Positions 1-8,502 of a DNA stretch of 19,113 nucleotides are shown piece by piece. Position 1 is the first letter of the stretch. Each line of letters begins with the position of its first letter. A program made the position numbers and the translations under genes. Under the pieces are notes generated by a model. The model saw only the letters and a list, made by a program, of their open reading frames with translations, did not search any database and had not been told where the DNA came from. Origin of the DNA: Candidatus Iainarchaeum sp. (GTDB taxonomy: Archaea > Iainarchaeota > Iainarchaeia > Iainarchaeales > Iainarchaeaceae); assembly GCA_043812975.1 (NCBI GenBank), contig JBDRLP010000031.1, forward strand, positions 1 through 19,113. Reading direction: 5' to 3'.

Positions 1-173
1 TGATGGTTCGTTATCAGAATTCCTGATGTTGTTGAACAGGTGTTTCCTCCAACCTGGCTTGGTTGAATCAAAAACACAAGTGCCGCAATAACTATAACTA
101 TGACAATTAATGCCCAGCCATAAGTCATCAGATATTCCAAAGCGGATTGTCCTTTTTGTTCTTTGAAAAACAT
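1..173 (-). CDS. Class III signal peptide (type IV pilin-like) protein; 5' part only, runs off the window start
   Basis: Not in the ORF track. Manual translation from ATG at 173: MFFKEQKG|QSALEYLMTYGWALIVIVIVIAALVFLIQPSQVGGNTCSTTSGILITNH. It has a short leader, a KG/Q prepilin cleavage site, Glu at +5 and a hydrophobic helix. Confidence 0.9.
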   Translation of the reverse strand, partial: MFFKEQKGQSALEYLMTYGWALIVIVIVIAALVFLIQPSQVGGNTCSTTSGILITNH

Positions 174-180
174 GTTTTTC

Positions 181-192
181 TCACTCCTCCTT
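181..192 (-). promoter_or_regulatory. Strong Shine-Dalgarno sequence for the pilin gene
   Basis: Minus strand reads AAGGAGGAGTGA-GAAAAAC-ATG. Confidence 0.8.
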
Positions 193-272
193 TTTTATTT
201 TAGGCATATGCCCTAAAAAGTTGAATTAATATAGAAAGGACTTATATTTAAAGATAAGGTCTTAAAGGAGGG

Positions 273-749
273 CTATTTAGCGTATTTTACCTTTAATTTT
301 GCTTCAACATGCTTTGGAACAAACTTGTTTATTTTTCCGCCATAAGCAGCAACTTCCTTTACAATGCCAGACGTAATGTAAAAGTATTCTGCATTAGTCA
401 TAACAAAAACAGTTTCAATTTCAGAATCGAGTTTTCTGTTAACAATAGCGTGCTGAAATTCGGCAGAAAAATCACTGGTTTCCCTCAAACCGCGAAGAAT
501 AATAGCGCCTTTTTCCTTTTTAACAAAATCAACCAACAGAGAACCAAAAGATTTTACTTCAACATTTTCTAAATCTTTAATGCTTTCCTTTAGCATTTCT
601 ATTCTTTCTTCTGTCGAAAATAATGGTTTTTTCCTTGGATTAACAGCCACGCCAATCATTAAAGAATCAAACATTTTCAGGCCACGTTTAATTACATCCA
701 AATGACCATTTGTTAATGGATCAAATGTTCCAGGATATATTGCTTTAAT
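273..749 (-). CDS. coaD: Bacterial-type phosphopantetheine adenylyltransferase
   Basis: The frame stays open upstream of the track start (701) to 749, giving (I/M)KAIYPGTFDPLTNGHLDVIKRG. This contains the YPGTFDP and TNGH motifs; RGLR and ITSGIVKEVA follow downstream. An in-frame TAG at 752-750 bounds the frame. Confidence 0.93.
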   Translation of the reverse strand: MKAIYPGTFDPLTNGHLDVIKRGLKMFDSLMIGVAVNPRKKPLFSTEERIEMLKESIKDLENVEVKSFGSLLVDFVKKEKGAIILRGLRETSDFSAEFQHAIVNRKLDSEIETVFVMTNAEYFYITSGIVKEVAAYGGKINKFVPKHVEAKLKVKYAK

Positions 750-754
750 CTAAA

Positions 755-1321
755 TCACCCCCCCAGTTCCTTTGCAATTTCCCTTGCTTTTTCCCTCAAT
801 TTTGAAATGCTCCCTTCAGTATCTATAATCCAGTCTGCTTTTTTTTCTTTTTTCTGATCAGGCTCCTGACTTTCCCTTATTTGGTCAAACTCAATATCGG
901 TAAAACCTCTTCTTTTAGATCTTTGCTTTGCAGTTTCATAAGACGATTTTATCAGGACAATTTTATCAAAGTTTTTTTCCATTTTCGTTTCAAAAAGTAA
1001 AGGAACTTCGACAAAAACAATTTTGTTTTCATGATTAATTTTTTTTATTATTTCAAGCACCAGAGGATGCATTAGCGAGTTAAGTTTCTCAAGTTTCTTT
1101 TTGTTATTAAAAACAATAGTTCTCAGTAAGTCATTGTCAACATTGCCTCCGAGTGTTACTGTTGAACCGAATTCTTTTCCGATTTTTTCAATTAAATCGT
1201 CATTTTTATAAAGGTCTTTTACAATCTTATCTGTTTCATAAGTATCAAATCCTAAGCTACGTATTATATTTATGAATGCACTTTTTCCCGTAACAAAGTT
1301 TCCTGTAATGCCTACAAGCAT
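755..1321 (-). CDS. coaE: Bacterial-type dephospho-CoA kinase
   Basis: MLVGITGNFVTGKS P-loop, then LRTIVF, LNSLMHP and VEVPLLFE motifs typical of CoaE. The start was moved from 1345 to ATG 1321 because CoaE begins just before the P-loop and a TATA-like TTTTAA lies about 25-30 nt upstream. Confidence 0.9.
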   Translation of the reverse strand: MLVGITGNFVTGKSAFINIIRSLGFDTYETDKIVKDLYKNDDLIEKIGKEFGSTVTLGGNVDNDLLRTIVFNNKKKLEKLNSLMHPLVLEIIKKINHENKIVFVEVPLLFETKMEKNFDKIVLIKSSYETAKQRSKRRGFTDIEFDQIRESQEPDQKKEKKADWIIDTEGSISKLREKAREIAKELGG

Positions 1322-1458
1322 AGAAAAAATTAGCGTTAAAAGCATTAAAAGGTCATTGTTTGTTAAAAAAACGAGTTCGGATTTCTTTTGTTTAGTGGTT
1401 TTTAGGTTTAAAATCAGAACAACAAAAAATTATTTATGAGTTAGGCTTTATTTTTATC

Positions 1459-1552
1459 GGTGCTGCGAAAAGCAAGTTCTTCGGAATCGGTTTTTTGCAA
1501 CACCATTGAAGTGGAAAGGAAGAGTAGCTTGCTATTCTTCCCAGAAACTTCG
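1459..1552 (+). ncRNA. Candidate structured RNA with two long hairpins; family unknown
   Basis: Hairpin 1459-1504 is capped by C(UUCG)G and hairpin 1507-1552 by G(CUUG)C. Several G-U pairs favour the + strand. A TATA-like TTATTTAT lies at about 1430-1437. Confidence 0.55.
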
Positions 1553-1566
1553 CCTTATTCTGAATG

Positions 1567-1573
1567 TTTATAA
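1567..1573 (+). promoter_or_regulatory. Putative TATA box for a leaderless PMM/PGM transcript
   Basis: TTTATAA starts 29 nt before ATG 1596, with no SD in between. Confidence 0.5.
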
Positions 1574-1595
1574 TTTCTTCTTCTCTTTTTAATGC

Positions 1596-2951
1596 ATGAA
1601 CCCGGAAATCTTTCGCGAATACGATATCAGAGGCATAGCTGATATCGATCTTCCTGATTCAGATGCTGAACTTATAGGAAAAGCATACGCAACTCTTATA
1701 CATAACAATGGGGGTAAAGTTGTTGTTCTTGGAAAAGATAATAGGGTTTCAGGCCCCAGAATTATTGAAGCATTAAAGAAAGGAATTCTGAGTACCGGAA
1801 TTAATATTATTTTTATTGGCGAAATCCCGACCCCGCTTTTGTATTACGCAGTTCACAAGTTAGATTCTGATGGAGGAATCTCAGTAACTGCTTCTCATAA
1901 TCCTCCTGAATTTAATGGTTTTAAAGTTCTGATAGGGAAGGAAGCAATTCACGGAGAAAAGATTCAGGAAATAAGGAAAATTGCTGAATCAGGGGGATTT
2001 GTTAAAGGAAAAGGAACTATTGAAGAAAAATTTTTGGATGATATTTATTTGAATGAAATTGTTTCTAATGTAACGCTTGGAAAAAAACTAAAAGTGGTTA
2101 TTGATGCAGGAAATGCAATGGCTTCTGAATTAGCCCCAAAACTTTTGCAAAAGCTTGGGTTAGATCCAATTTGCTTATTTTGTGAAAAAGATTCGTCTTT
2201 TCCAAATCATCAGCCAGATCCTGTGCAGGAAAAAAATGTGCAGGATTTAAAGAAAAAAGTTTTGGAAGAACAAGCTGATTTAGGAATTGCTTTTGACGGT
2301 GATGTTGACAGAATCGGTGTTTTAGATGAAAAAGGAAATCTCATTTATGGGGATAAGCTTCTTGGAATTTTTTCAGAAGATTTATTGAAAAGAAAGCCGG
2401 GTTCAAAAATAATTTTTGAGGTAAAATGTTCGCAATCTTTGGAAGAATGGATTAAAGAAAAAGGCGGAATTCCTATAATGTGGAAAACTGGTCATTCTTT
2501 AATTAAGGCAAAAATGAAAGAAGAAAATGCACTTCTTGCAGGTGAAATGTCAGGTCACATGTTTTTTACAGAAAACTGGTATGGTTTTGATGATGCATTA
2601 TTAGCTGCAGTAAAAATAATTGAAATTATTTCGCATTCTGATAAAAAACTCAGTGAAATCGTGGGAGAAATGCCTGAATATGTTTCTTCTCCTGAATACA
2701 GGGTTGAATGTCCCGACAACAAAAAAGGAATTGTTGTTAAGGCAATGGTTGATAAGTACAAAAAATTATACCCAAAATCTGTTACTATAGACGGTATAAG
2801 GGTTGTTTTTGATGATGGCTGGGCTTTAGTGAGGCAGAGTAATACTCAATCTAAACTAATTCTTCGCTTTGAGGCAAAAACAAAGAAAAAACTGGAAGAA
2901 ATAGAATCAATAATCAAACCAGAAGTTGAAAAACTCATAAAAGAAGCCTAA
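1596..2951 (+). CDS. Phosphomannomutase/phosphoglucomutase (alpha-D-phosphohexomutase, AlgC-like)
   Basis: IFREYDIRG N-terminus, catalytic TASHNP, metal-binding DGDVDR, sugar-binding GEMSGH, C-terminal RQSNTQ. Confidence 0.95.
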   Translation: MNPEIFREYDIRGIADIDLPDSDAELIGKAYATLIHNNGGKVVVLGKDNRVSGPRIIEALKKGILSTGINIIFIGEIPTPLLYYAVHKLDSDGGISVTASHNPPEFNGFKVLIGKEAIHGEKIQEIRKIAESGGFVKGKGTIEEKFLDDIYLNEIVSNVTLGKKLKVVIDAGNAMASELAPKLLQKLGLDPICLFCEKDSSFPNHQPDPVQEKNVQDLKKKVLEEQADLGIAFDGDVDRIGVLDEKGNLIYGDKLLGIFSEDLLKRKPGSKIIFEVKCSQSLEEWIKEKGGIPIMWKTGHSLIKAKMKEENALLAGEMSGHMFFTENWYGFDDALLAAVKIIEIISHSDKKLSEIVGEMPEYVSSPEYRVECPDNKKGIVVKAMVDKYKKLYPKSVTIDGIRVVFDDGWALVRQSNTQSKLILRFEAKTKKKLEEIESIIKPEVEKLIKEA

Positions 2952-3022
2952 TTTCGGTTCAGACTCTAATTATTTATATACTAATATTATAATATTAGGA
3001 GGATTTTCAGGCGAGTTTTTTT

Positions 3023-6000
3023 ATGAACAAAAAAATAATGTATTTAACTTTGATAATTTCATTTCTTATACTGCTTCCTGCCGTAACTGGGGCAGACTTA
3101 TTTTACTTAAGAGGGGACTCAAAAACAGAAGAAGTTGATTTTGTTGAGTATTACGAAATAAGTATCACTGCGCCAAAAGCAACTACTCAAACAACAACCA
3201 TTTCCAAAACAACTGTTGCCGGAGTACACGAGTTAGAAAGTTGGTTTACAGAATTAGTGACATCAGAGTTCAGTATTTCAAATTCAGCATACCTTTACTT
3301 TTCAAGCATTGGTATTTCAGGAGACACGGGAAAATATCGCTGGACTGTTTATGATTATAATCCTGTTACTACTTCAAGTATTATAATTGTTCAATCAAAT
3401 TGGTACACTATCCCAACAACACCTTCACCTCATGAAACGTTTGCTAATGTTCCTTCTTACACATTTGCAGTTGGTCGCAGAGCAAAATTAGTATTAGAAT
3501 ACAATGCTGATTCCGGAGGAGGAACAATAACTGCTATCCTTGATGAAGGCTCAAGCGGTAATTCTGTTCAATATAATTCCTCAGGCGGTTCTTCTTACAA
3601 TATAACTGATGTAAGCAATGCTGTTCTGATTTTAGTAAATTCAACGGGAAGTTGTTCTATTGCATGTACTTCAAATACTGCATGTAATGATTCTGATAGT
3701 TTAACCACTGACACGTGCAGTAATGCAGGGGGCTGTAATTCAGTATGCGTGAATTTAAGTTCTGATGTGGAAATAGCATGTTCTTCTAATTCTGATTGTG
3801 ACGATTCAAACAGTCTTACAACTGACTCTTGTTTAAATCCCGGAACTGGAAGTTCTTCATGTTCTAGTGCTGCGTGTTCTATTGTATGTTCTTTAGATTC
3901 AGATTGTCCCTCTGATACTAACGGAACCTGTTCTAATGCAGGAACATGTTCAGCAGTATGCAGCTATGGTAATTCAGTTGACGTTGATGATCCCACGGAT
4001 GATAATAACGATTCTACTGAAGAAATAATTTGCACTTCAGATTATGTTTGTAATGATAGAATAAGTATAACCACTGATACTTGTGTGAATCCCGGAACTA
4101 TTTCTTCTTATTGTGAAAATATTCAGTGTAGTATTGCATGTTCAAGTAATAGCGCTTGTAATGATGCAGATACTTTAACAACAGATTTTTGTGCTAATGC
4201 GGGCTTGTGTGATTCTGGGTGTATATACAATTCCTGTAATCCTGTTTGTTCTAACAGTTCTGATTGCGACGACGGTAATCCAGAAACAACAGATGTTTGT
4301 GCAGGTGCAGGGAGATGCACAGCTACTTGTGAAAATCTTCCTGATGTTGGTGATGGAGTTTGTGGTTCTGGTGAAACTAAATGTTCCGCTCCTGCTGATT
4401 GTGGTGTTTGCGGAGGAAGTATTTCTGAGGTTTATGAATTAGCATGCATTGGGAATTCCTGTAAAACCACAATAAAACTCGGGGTTTGCGGAAATAACAG
4501 GTGCGAATCCGGAGAAAATTATTTTAACTGTCCAGTAGATTGTGTTCCGCAGAACATTGAAATTGATGCTTCTTTTCCTGATACTTTTTATGTTCGCGGA
4601 GAAACTGTTCAGTTGAAAGCTACAATATTAGTTGATGGGGAAAAGGTTAGTGATGCTGATGTAAAAGCAAGCGGTTTTTTCGGAACTGTTCCGCTTCTGA
4701 ATGACGGTAAACATGATGAAGGAACAAGAAATGACAATATTTATGCAAACTTTATTACTATTGACTTTGCCGCTGAAAAAAACTTATACCCCGTGACTTT
4801 TATTGTTGAGGTTGGAGGAGTTAAAAGTGAAAAGATAGTATTTTTTAATCTTGTTCCAAAACTAAGTTTTTTGGTTGATTTTGAAAAAGAATTTTTTATT
4901 CTTGGAGACAACATAAAGATTGACGGAAGATTAACACTTAAGAAAAAACACCTGAACCTGCCTCTTAATCTTAATGTGTCTTTTAACAGTGAAATTATCC
5001 TGAATCAGGATCTTAATTCTGCTAATGGAAACTTTTCTTCTAATTACAGGACAACTCTAATCAATGAACCAGGAGATTATATTGTTACTATTAAAGCCGC
5101 TGATGAAAACGGAAATGTAGGTTTTTTTGAAAAAACAATCACTGTGTTAAGTCCGGAAGCAACTAACTTTTTGATTATTGAAATTGTAGACACTAATAAT
5201 AATTCTTTTAAAAAAGGGTCTGAAGCAGAGATTGTAGTAAATATATATGATATTGAAAGGAATCCTGTTTCAAAAGCAATTGTAAAAGGGGAAACAAAAG
5301 ATGGTTTGAAATTTTCTTTTGAAGAAAATGATTCATTAGAATATGCAGGTTCTTTTAAGCTCCCTTACCAGACACGTAATGGAGAATTGAGTATAAAAGT
5401 TGTTGCACAAAAACAGAACAAACAAGGTTCAGCGGAAACAAGTGTAAATGTTACTGAAGTAAAAATAAACCTGGAAATAATTGAACCAAAAAAAGACAAT
5501 TTTTTAGTAGGGGAAGAAATAAAAGTCAAAATTTATGCTGCTTATGAAGACGGTACTCCTCTGTTAACTGAATCAGTTTCCAGTATTATTGGAAATGAAA
5601 CAATCGAACTGAAAGGCACAGGAAAAGGAGTTTATGAGGGTGTTTATTTAGTGAAAACAACGGATGAAGGGACGGTTTCAGTTACAATTAATCTTCAGGA
5701 CGGTTTTGATAATACAGCTGTTGAAACAATGTCGGTTGATATTTCAGGAATTTCTTATCTTTATTATTTAAGAATTTACGGGACGAGTATTGGGCTTTTT
5801 TTAATTGCATCAATTATAACAATTATTTTTGGTTATGGTTTACTAAAAAAAAGATTCGGAATAAATGCTCTGCAAAACAAAGAGAAACAGGTTTTGGAAA
5901 CAATCAAAGGAATCCAGACACAATATTTTATTGAAGGAACAATGGATAAGCAAACCTATGATGTGCAGATGGAAAAATATGAAACAAAATTGCAGGACAT

Positions 6001-6043
6001 TAGAGAAACCATAAAACAAATGGTCTCGAAGGTAAAAAAATGA
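3023..6043 (+). CDS. Large single-pass surface protein with Cys-rich repeats, beta-rich (Ig-like) domains and a SHOCT-like tail (paralog 1)
   Basis: Signal peptide MNKKIMYLTLIISFLILLPAVTG, Cys repeats 3653-4543, NDGKHDE..NDNIY motif, TM at about 5779-5844, helical tail IQTQYFIEGTMDKQTY; many N-x-S/T sequons. Confidence 0.85.
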   Translation: MNKKIMYLTLIISFLILLPAVTGADLFYLRGDSKTEEVDFVEYYEISITAPKATTQTTTISKTTVAGVHELESWFTELVTSEFSISNSAYLYFSSIGISGDTGKYRWTVYDYNPVTTSSIIIVQSNWYTIPTTPSPHETFANVPSYTFAVGRRAKLVLEYNADSGGGTITAILDEGSSGNSVQYNSSGGSSYNITDVSNAVLILVNSTGSCSIACTSNTACNDSDSLTTDTCSNAGGCNSVCVNLSSDVEIACSSNSDCDDSNSLTTDSCLNPGTGSSSCSSAACSIVCSLDSDCPSDTNGTCSNAGTCSAVCSYGNSVDVDDPTDDNNDSTEEIICTSDYVCNDRISITTDTCVNPGTISSYCENIQCSIACSSNSACNDADTLTTDFCANAGLCDSGCIYNSCNPVCSNSSDCDDGNPETTDVCAGAGRCTATCENLPDVGDGVCGSGETKCSAPADCGVCGGSISEVYELACIGNSCKTTIKLGVCGNNRCESGENYFNCPVDCVPQNIEIDASFPDTFYVRGETVQLKATILVDGEKVSDADVKASGFFGTVPLLNDGKHDEGTRNDNIYANFITIDFAAEKNLYPVTFIVEVGGVKSEKIVFFNLVPKLSFLVDFEKEFFILGDNIKIDGRLTLKKKHLNLPLNLNVSFNSEIILNQDLNSANGNFSSNYRTTLINEPGDYIVTIKAADENGNVGFFEKTITVLSPEATNFLIIEIVDTNNNSFKKGSEAEIVVNIYDIERNPVSKAIVKGETKDGLKFSFEENDSLEYAGSFKLPYQTRNGELSIKVVAQKQNKQGSAETSVNVTEVKINLEIIEPKKDNFLVGEEIKVKIYAAYEDGTPLLTESVSSIIGNETIELKGTGKGVYEGVYLVKTTDEGTVSVTINLQDGFDNTAVETMSVDISGISYLYYLRIYGTSIGLFLIASIITIIFGYGLLKKRFGINALQNKEKQVLETIKGIQTQYFIEGTMDKQTYDVQMEKYETKLQDIRETIKQMVSKVKK
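3653..4543 (+). repeat. Six ~35-aa Cys-rich repeats plus two CG-type Cys modules within paralog 1
   Basis: Consensus (C)xxxCxSxxxCxDxxxxTTDxCxNxGx(C)xxxC; repeat 3 is shortened. Then GDGVCGSGETKCSAPADC and CGNNRCESGENYFNCPVDC. Confidence 0.9.
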
Positions 6044-8502
6044 AAAATATTTGGTTATTATTCATGCTGCTTTTTGCCACTGTTTCAATGGCTGCAAGCA
6101 ATGGTTATTGGTTAAGAGGTGACGATTTTACCAGTCTTTTGGAAGGAACGCAAAGTAACTTTATGACTGCCAATTCTCCAAATGCATCTTCAAGCAAAAC
6201 AGTTTTTTCCCCTAATGAAGAAGGAGTTTTAGGAAAATGGTACACAAGTTCTTTTCCAAGAGGACTGCAGCTTCATACAAGCATATCTTTCTGGGTAAAT
6301 AATATTGAATCATCAAAACCACTTATTTGGGAACTTTATGAGTATAATTCTAAATCTGCTGATAGTAAATTAATCACAACAGGAACTATAGAGTCGGGAA
6401 AAAATGAATCTGAGGTGACTCTGGAACAATCATACACTTTAGCTTCCGGAAGCAGGTTAAAAGTAGTTTTAAAACTTGAAGACGGAAAAATAACTCTTGA
6501 TGAAGGGGATTTATTCAGCAAATCAGAGTGGGATTCTCCCTCTGGTGAAACTTTTAATGCAATAGGAATTTCCTCAACAGCATTACTTTTTCTGAACCAA
6601 TGTGATTTTGTAGATGTTACATGCACTGATGACTTATCCTGTAATGACAGTAATCCTTTTACTCAGGACACTTGCAATAATCCAGGTACCTGTTCAGCTT
6701 CCTGTTCTTATAGTGCATGTGAACCCAGCTGTATTAATGGCCTTGACTGTGTTGATAAAAATCCTCTTACAATAGATGTTTGTAAGAATTCAGGTACTTG
6801 TCAGGCAGAATGTAGTTCTATCAATTGTAACTCGCTTTGTTCTGTAAACTCTGATTGTGATGATAATAATCCCGAAACTAAAGATATTTGTCAGTATTCT
6901 GATACTTGCTTTGCTTTCTGTGAAAATGAAGCTTTTGAAGGAACAATAACTGAGAAATCCTGTACAATAAATGAATGCATCGGAACAAACTGTACTATTT
7001 CAGTTTCAATAAACTGCTGCGGCAATGATTTTTGTGAACAAGGAGAAACATGTGATGAAGATTGTTCAGGAAACACAATAGAAATCATTAACCCAATGTT
7101 CGGGGATTATTTGAATTTAGAAGAGGACTTCAATATTCTTGTTAATGCAGGCATAGGAAAAAATGTAACTGCTACAGGATTTTTTGGAACCGCAGAATTA
7201 TTTGATGACGGTAAACATAATGACGAAAACCCAGGAGACGGCATATATGGGAATAATTTCAGAGCCCCCTCCAGAGAAGGATTTGAATCAATAGAAATTA
7301 GTGACGGTTCACAGCAAAAATCATTACAGCTGAATGTAATACCTTTATTGGAAACAATTCTTAACACTAATAACGAGGAATTTATTGTTACTGATTCTTT
7401 AGAAATTTTTGGAACTGTTTCCAGAAAATCTTCACCGGTAGCGGCAGAAATGACAATAATTGCAGAAAATTCTGACAGGATTATTTTTGAGACAAAACAA
7501 GAATTGGATAAATTTGGAAATTTTAATTATTCTTACAAATCATTTTCTTTAGACCCAATAGGAATCTGGAATATAAAAGTATCTGCTGAAGACGATTCAG
7601 GGAATATTGCCCATGCAGAAAAAAAAGTAAGATTTATGAACCCAGAATCGTCGCTTCCGATAGAAATAGAAGTGGTAAAAAGCATAAACGCCCAATATTC
7701 CAGAGGAGAACAGATCCTAATCTCAGTTAGAGTAAGAGAGGAAGGAATTCTGGTTAATAATGCGGTAGTAAAAGCATTTATTGGGGGGGAGGAAATAGAA
7801 TTTACTTTTGAAGATAACGGATCTTACGCTTTGCAATATGTTCTTCCTACTGATTTTAGCGGAAACTCATTAATGGTTGTTATACTTGCTAAAGTAAATG
7901 GTTTAACAGGCAGAACAGTTCTTGAATCTGAAATAAAAAATGAGAATCTTTTTGTGAACATTATAAGTCCTACTAAAAAAGTTTTTTCAATCGGGGAAAA
8001 AATAGATTTTGAGTTCAAGGTTATATTTGAAAGCGGTGCAGATGCAAAAATAGTTGAGCCACTTGTCGTAATCAACGGAACTCAAGTTGAAACAGAAAGA
8101 AATAATGGTTATTTTGTTGCAAAATATGTTGTTGAAAATGACGAAGAAATTAATGTTTCAATAAATGCACAAGATAATTATGAGAACAGTGGTTCGGCTG
8201 TTTTTAATGCAAGTGTTTCCGGTTATTCTTTGAATTATTATTTTTCCCAGTATTGGTTAATAATTTTAGTTGTTGGTTTAGCAATAATAATCGGGTTATT
8301 TTTAGTTGTTACACACTATCAATCTGATAAGCGAATTGAATTATTGGAAAAGCAGGAGAAAAAAATTAAGGCTAATCTAATAAATGTACAGGAGCGTTAT
8401 TTCAAGTTAGGGGCGCTTTCCAGATCAAAATATGATGGATTAATGCTTAAATATGAGCAGGAACTACAGGCTATTAGGAGAAAAAAAGGTGAAAAAAAAT
8501 GA
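6040..8502 (+). CDS. Single-pass surface protein, full-length paralog of 3023-6043 (paralog 2)
   Basis: Signal peptide; YWLRGD / WELYEYN / SYTLASGSRLKVVL / TLDEG match FYLRGD / WTVYDYN / SYTFAVGRRAKLVL / ILDEG of paralog 1. Three Cys repeats, DDGKHND..GDGIY, TM at about 8251-8310, tail VQERYFKLGALSRSKY. ATGA overlap with the upstream gene. Confidence 0.85.
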   Translation: MKNIWLLFMLLFATVSMAASNGYWLRGDDFTSLLEGTQSNFMTANSPNASSSKTVFSPNEEGVLGKWYTSSFPRGLQLHTSISFWVNNIESSKPLIWELYEYNSKSADSKLITTGTIESGKNESEVTLEQSYTLASGSRLKVVLKLEDGKITLDEGDLFSKSEWDSPSGETFNAIGISSTALLFLNQCDFVDVTCTDDLSCNDSNPFTQDTCNNPGTCSASCSYSACEPSCINGLDCVDKNPLTIDVCKNSGTCQAECSSINCNSLCSVNSDCDDNNPETKDICQYSDTCFAFCENEAFEGTITEKSCTINECIGTNCTISVSINCCGNDFCEQGETCDEDCSGNTIEIINPMFGDYLNLEEDFNILVNAGIGKNVTATGFFGTAELFDDGKHNDENPGDGIYGNNFRAPSREGFESIEISDGSQQKSLQLNVIPLLETILNTNNEEFIVTDSLEIFGTVSRKSSPVAAEMTIIAENSDRIIFETKQELDKFGNFNYSYKSFSLDPIGIWNIKVSAEDDSGNIAHAEKKVRFMNPESSLPIEIEVVKSINAQYSRGEQILISVRVREEGILVNNAVVKAFIGGEEIEFTFEDNGSYALQYVLPTDFSGNSLMVVILAKVNGLTGRTVLESEIKNENLFVNIISPTKKVFSIGEKIDFEFKVIFESGADAKIVEPLVVINGTQVETERNNGYFVAKYVVENDEEINVSINAQDNYENSGSAVFNASVSGYSLNYYFSQYWLIILVVGLAIIIGLFLVVTHYQSDKRIELLEKQEKKIKANLINVQERYFKLGALSRSKYDGLMLKYEQELQAIRRKKGEKK
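6601..7065 (+). repeat. Three Cys-rich repeats plus a CCGNDFCEQGETCDEDC module within paralog 2
   Basis: CNDSNPFTQDTCNNPGTC, CVDKNPLTIDVCKNSGTC, CDDNNPETKDICQYSDTC. Confidence 0.88.

Noticed and set aside
750..758. GTG-ATT-TAG read-through (amber recoding or pyrrolysine) as the coaD start
   Set aside because: coaD itself ends at TAG (275-273) at the expected length, no other gene has an internal TAG, and SD spacing fits ATT 749 better.
1459..1552. 5S rRNA, tRNA, SRP RNA, T-box, or yybP-ykoY/glmS riboswitch identity for the hairpin pair
   Set aside because: No 5S loop C (CCGAAC), cloverleaf or SRP helix 8 motif. AAAGGAAGAGTAGC only loosely resembles the yybP-ykoY 5' end and is locked in a local stem.
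2998..3004. GGAGGAT as the SD for the 1006-aa gene
   Set aside because: It is about 20 nt from ATG 3023, too far for a typical SD.
3653..4543. Zinc-finger or multiheme interpretation of the Cys-rich region
   Set aside because: The region is extracellular (between signal peptide and TM), has no CxxCH, and shows paired Cys loss consistent with disulfides.
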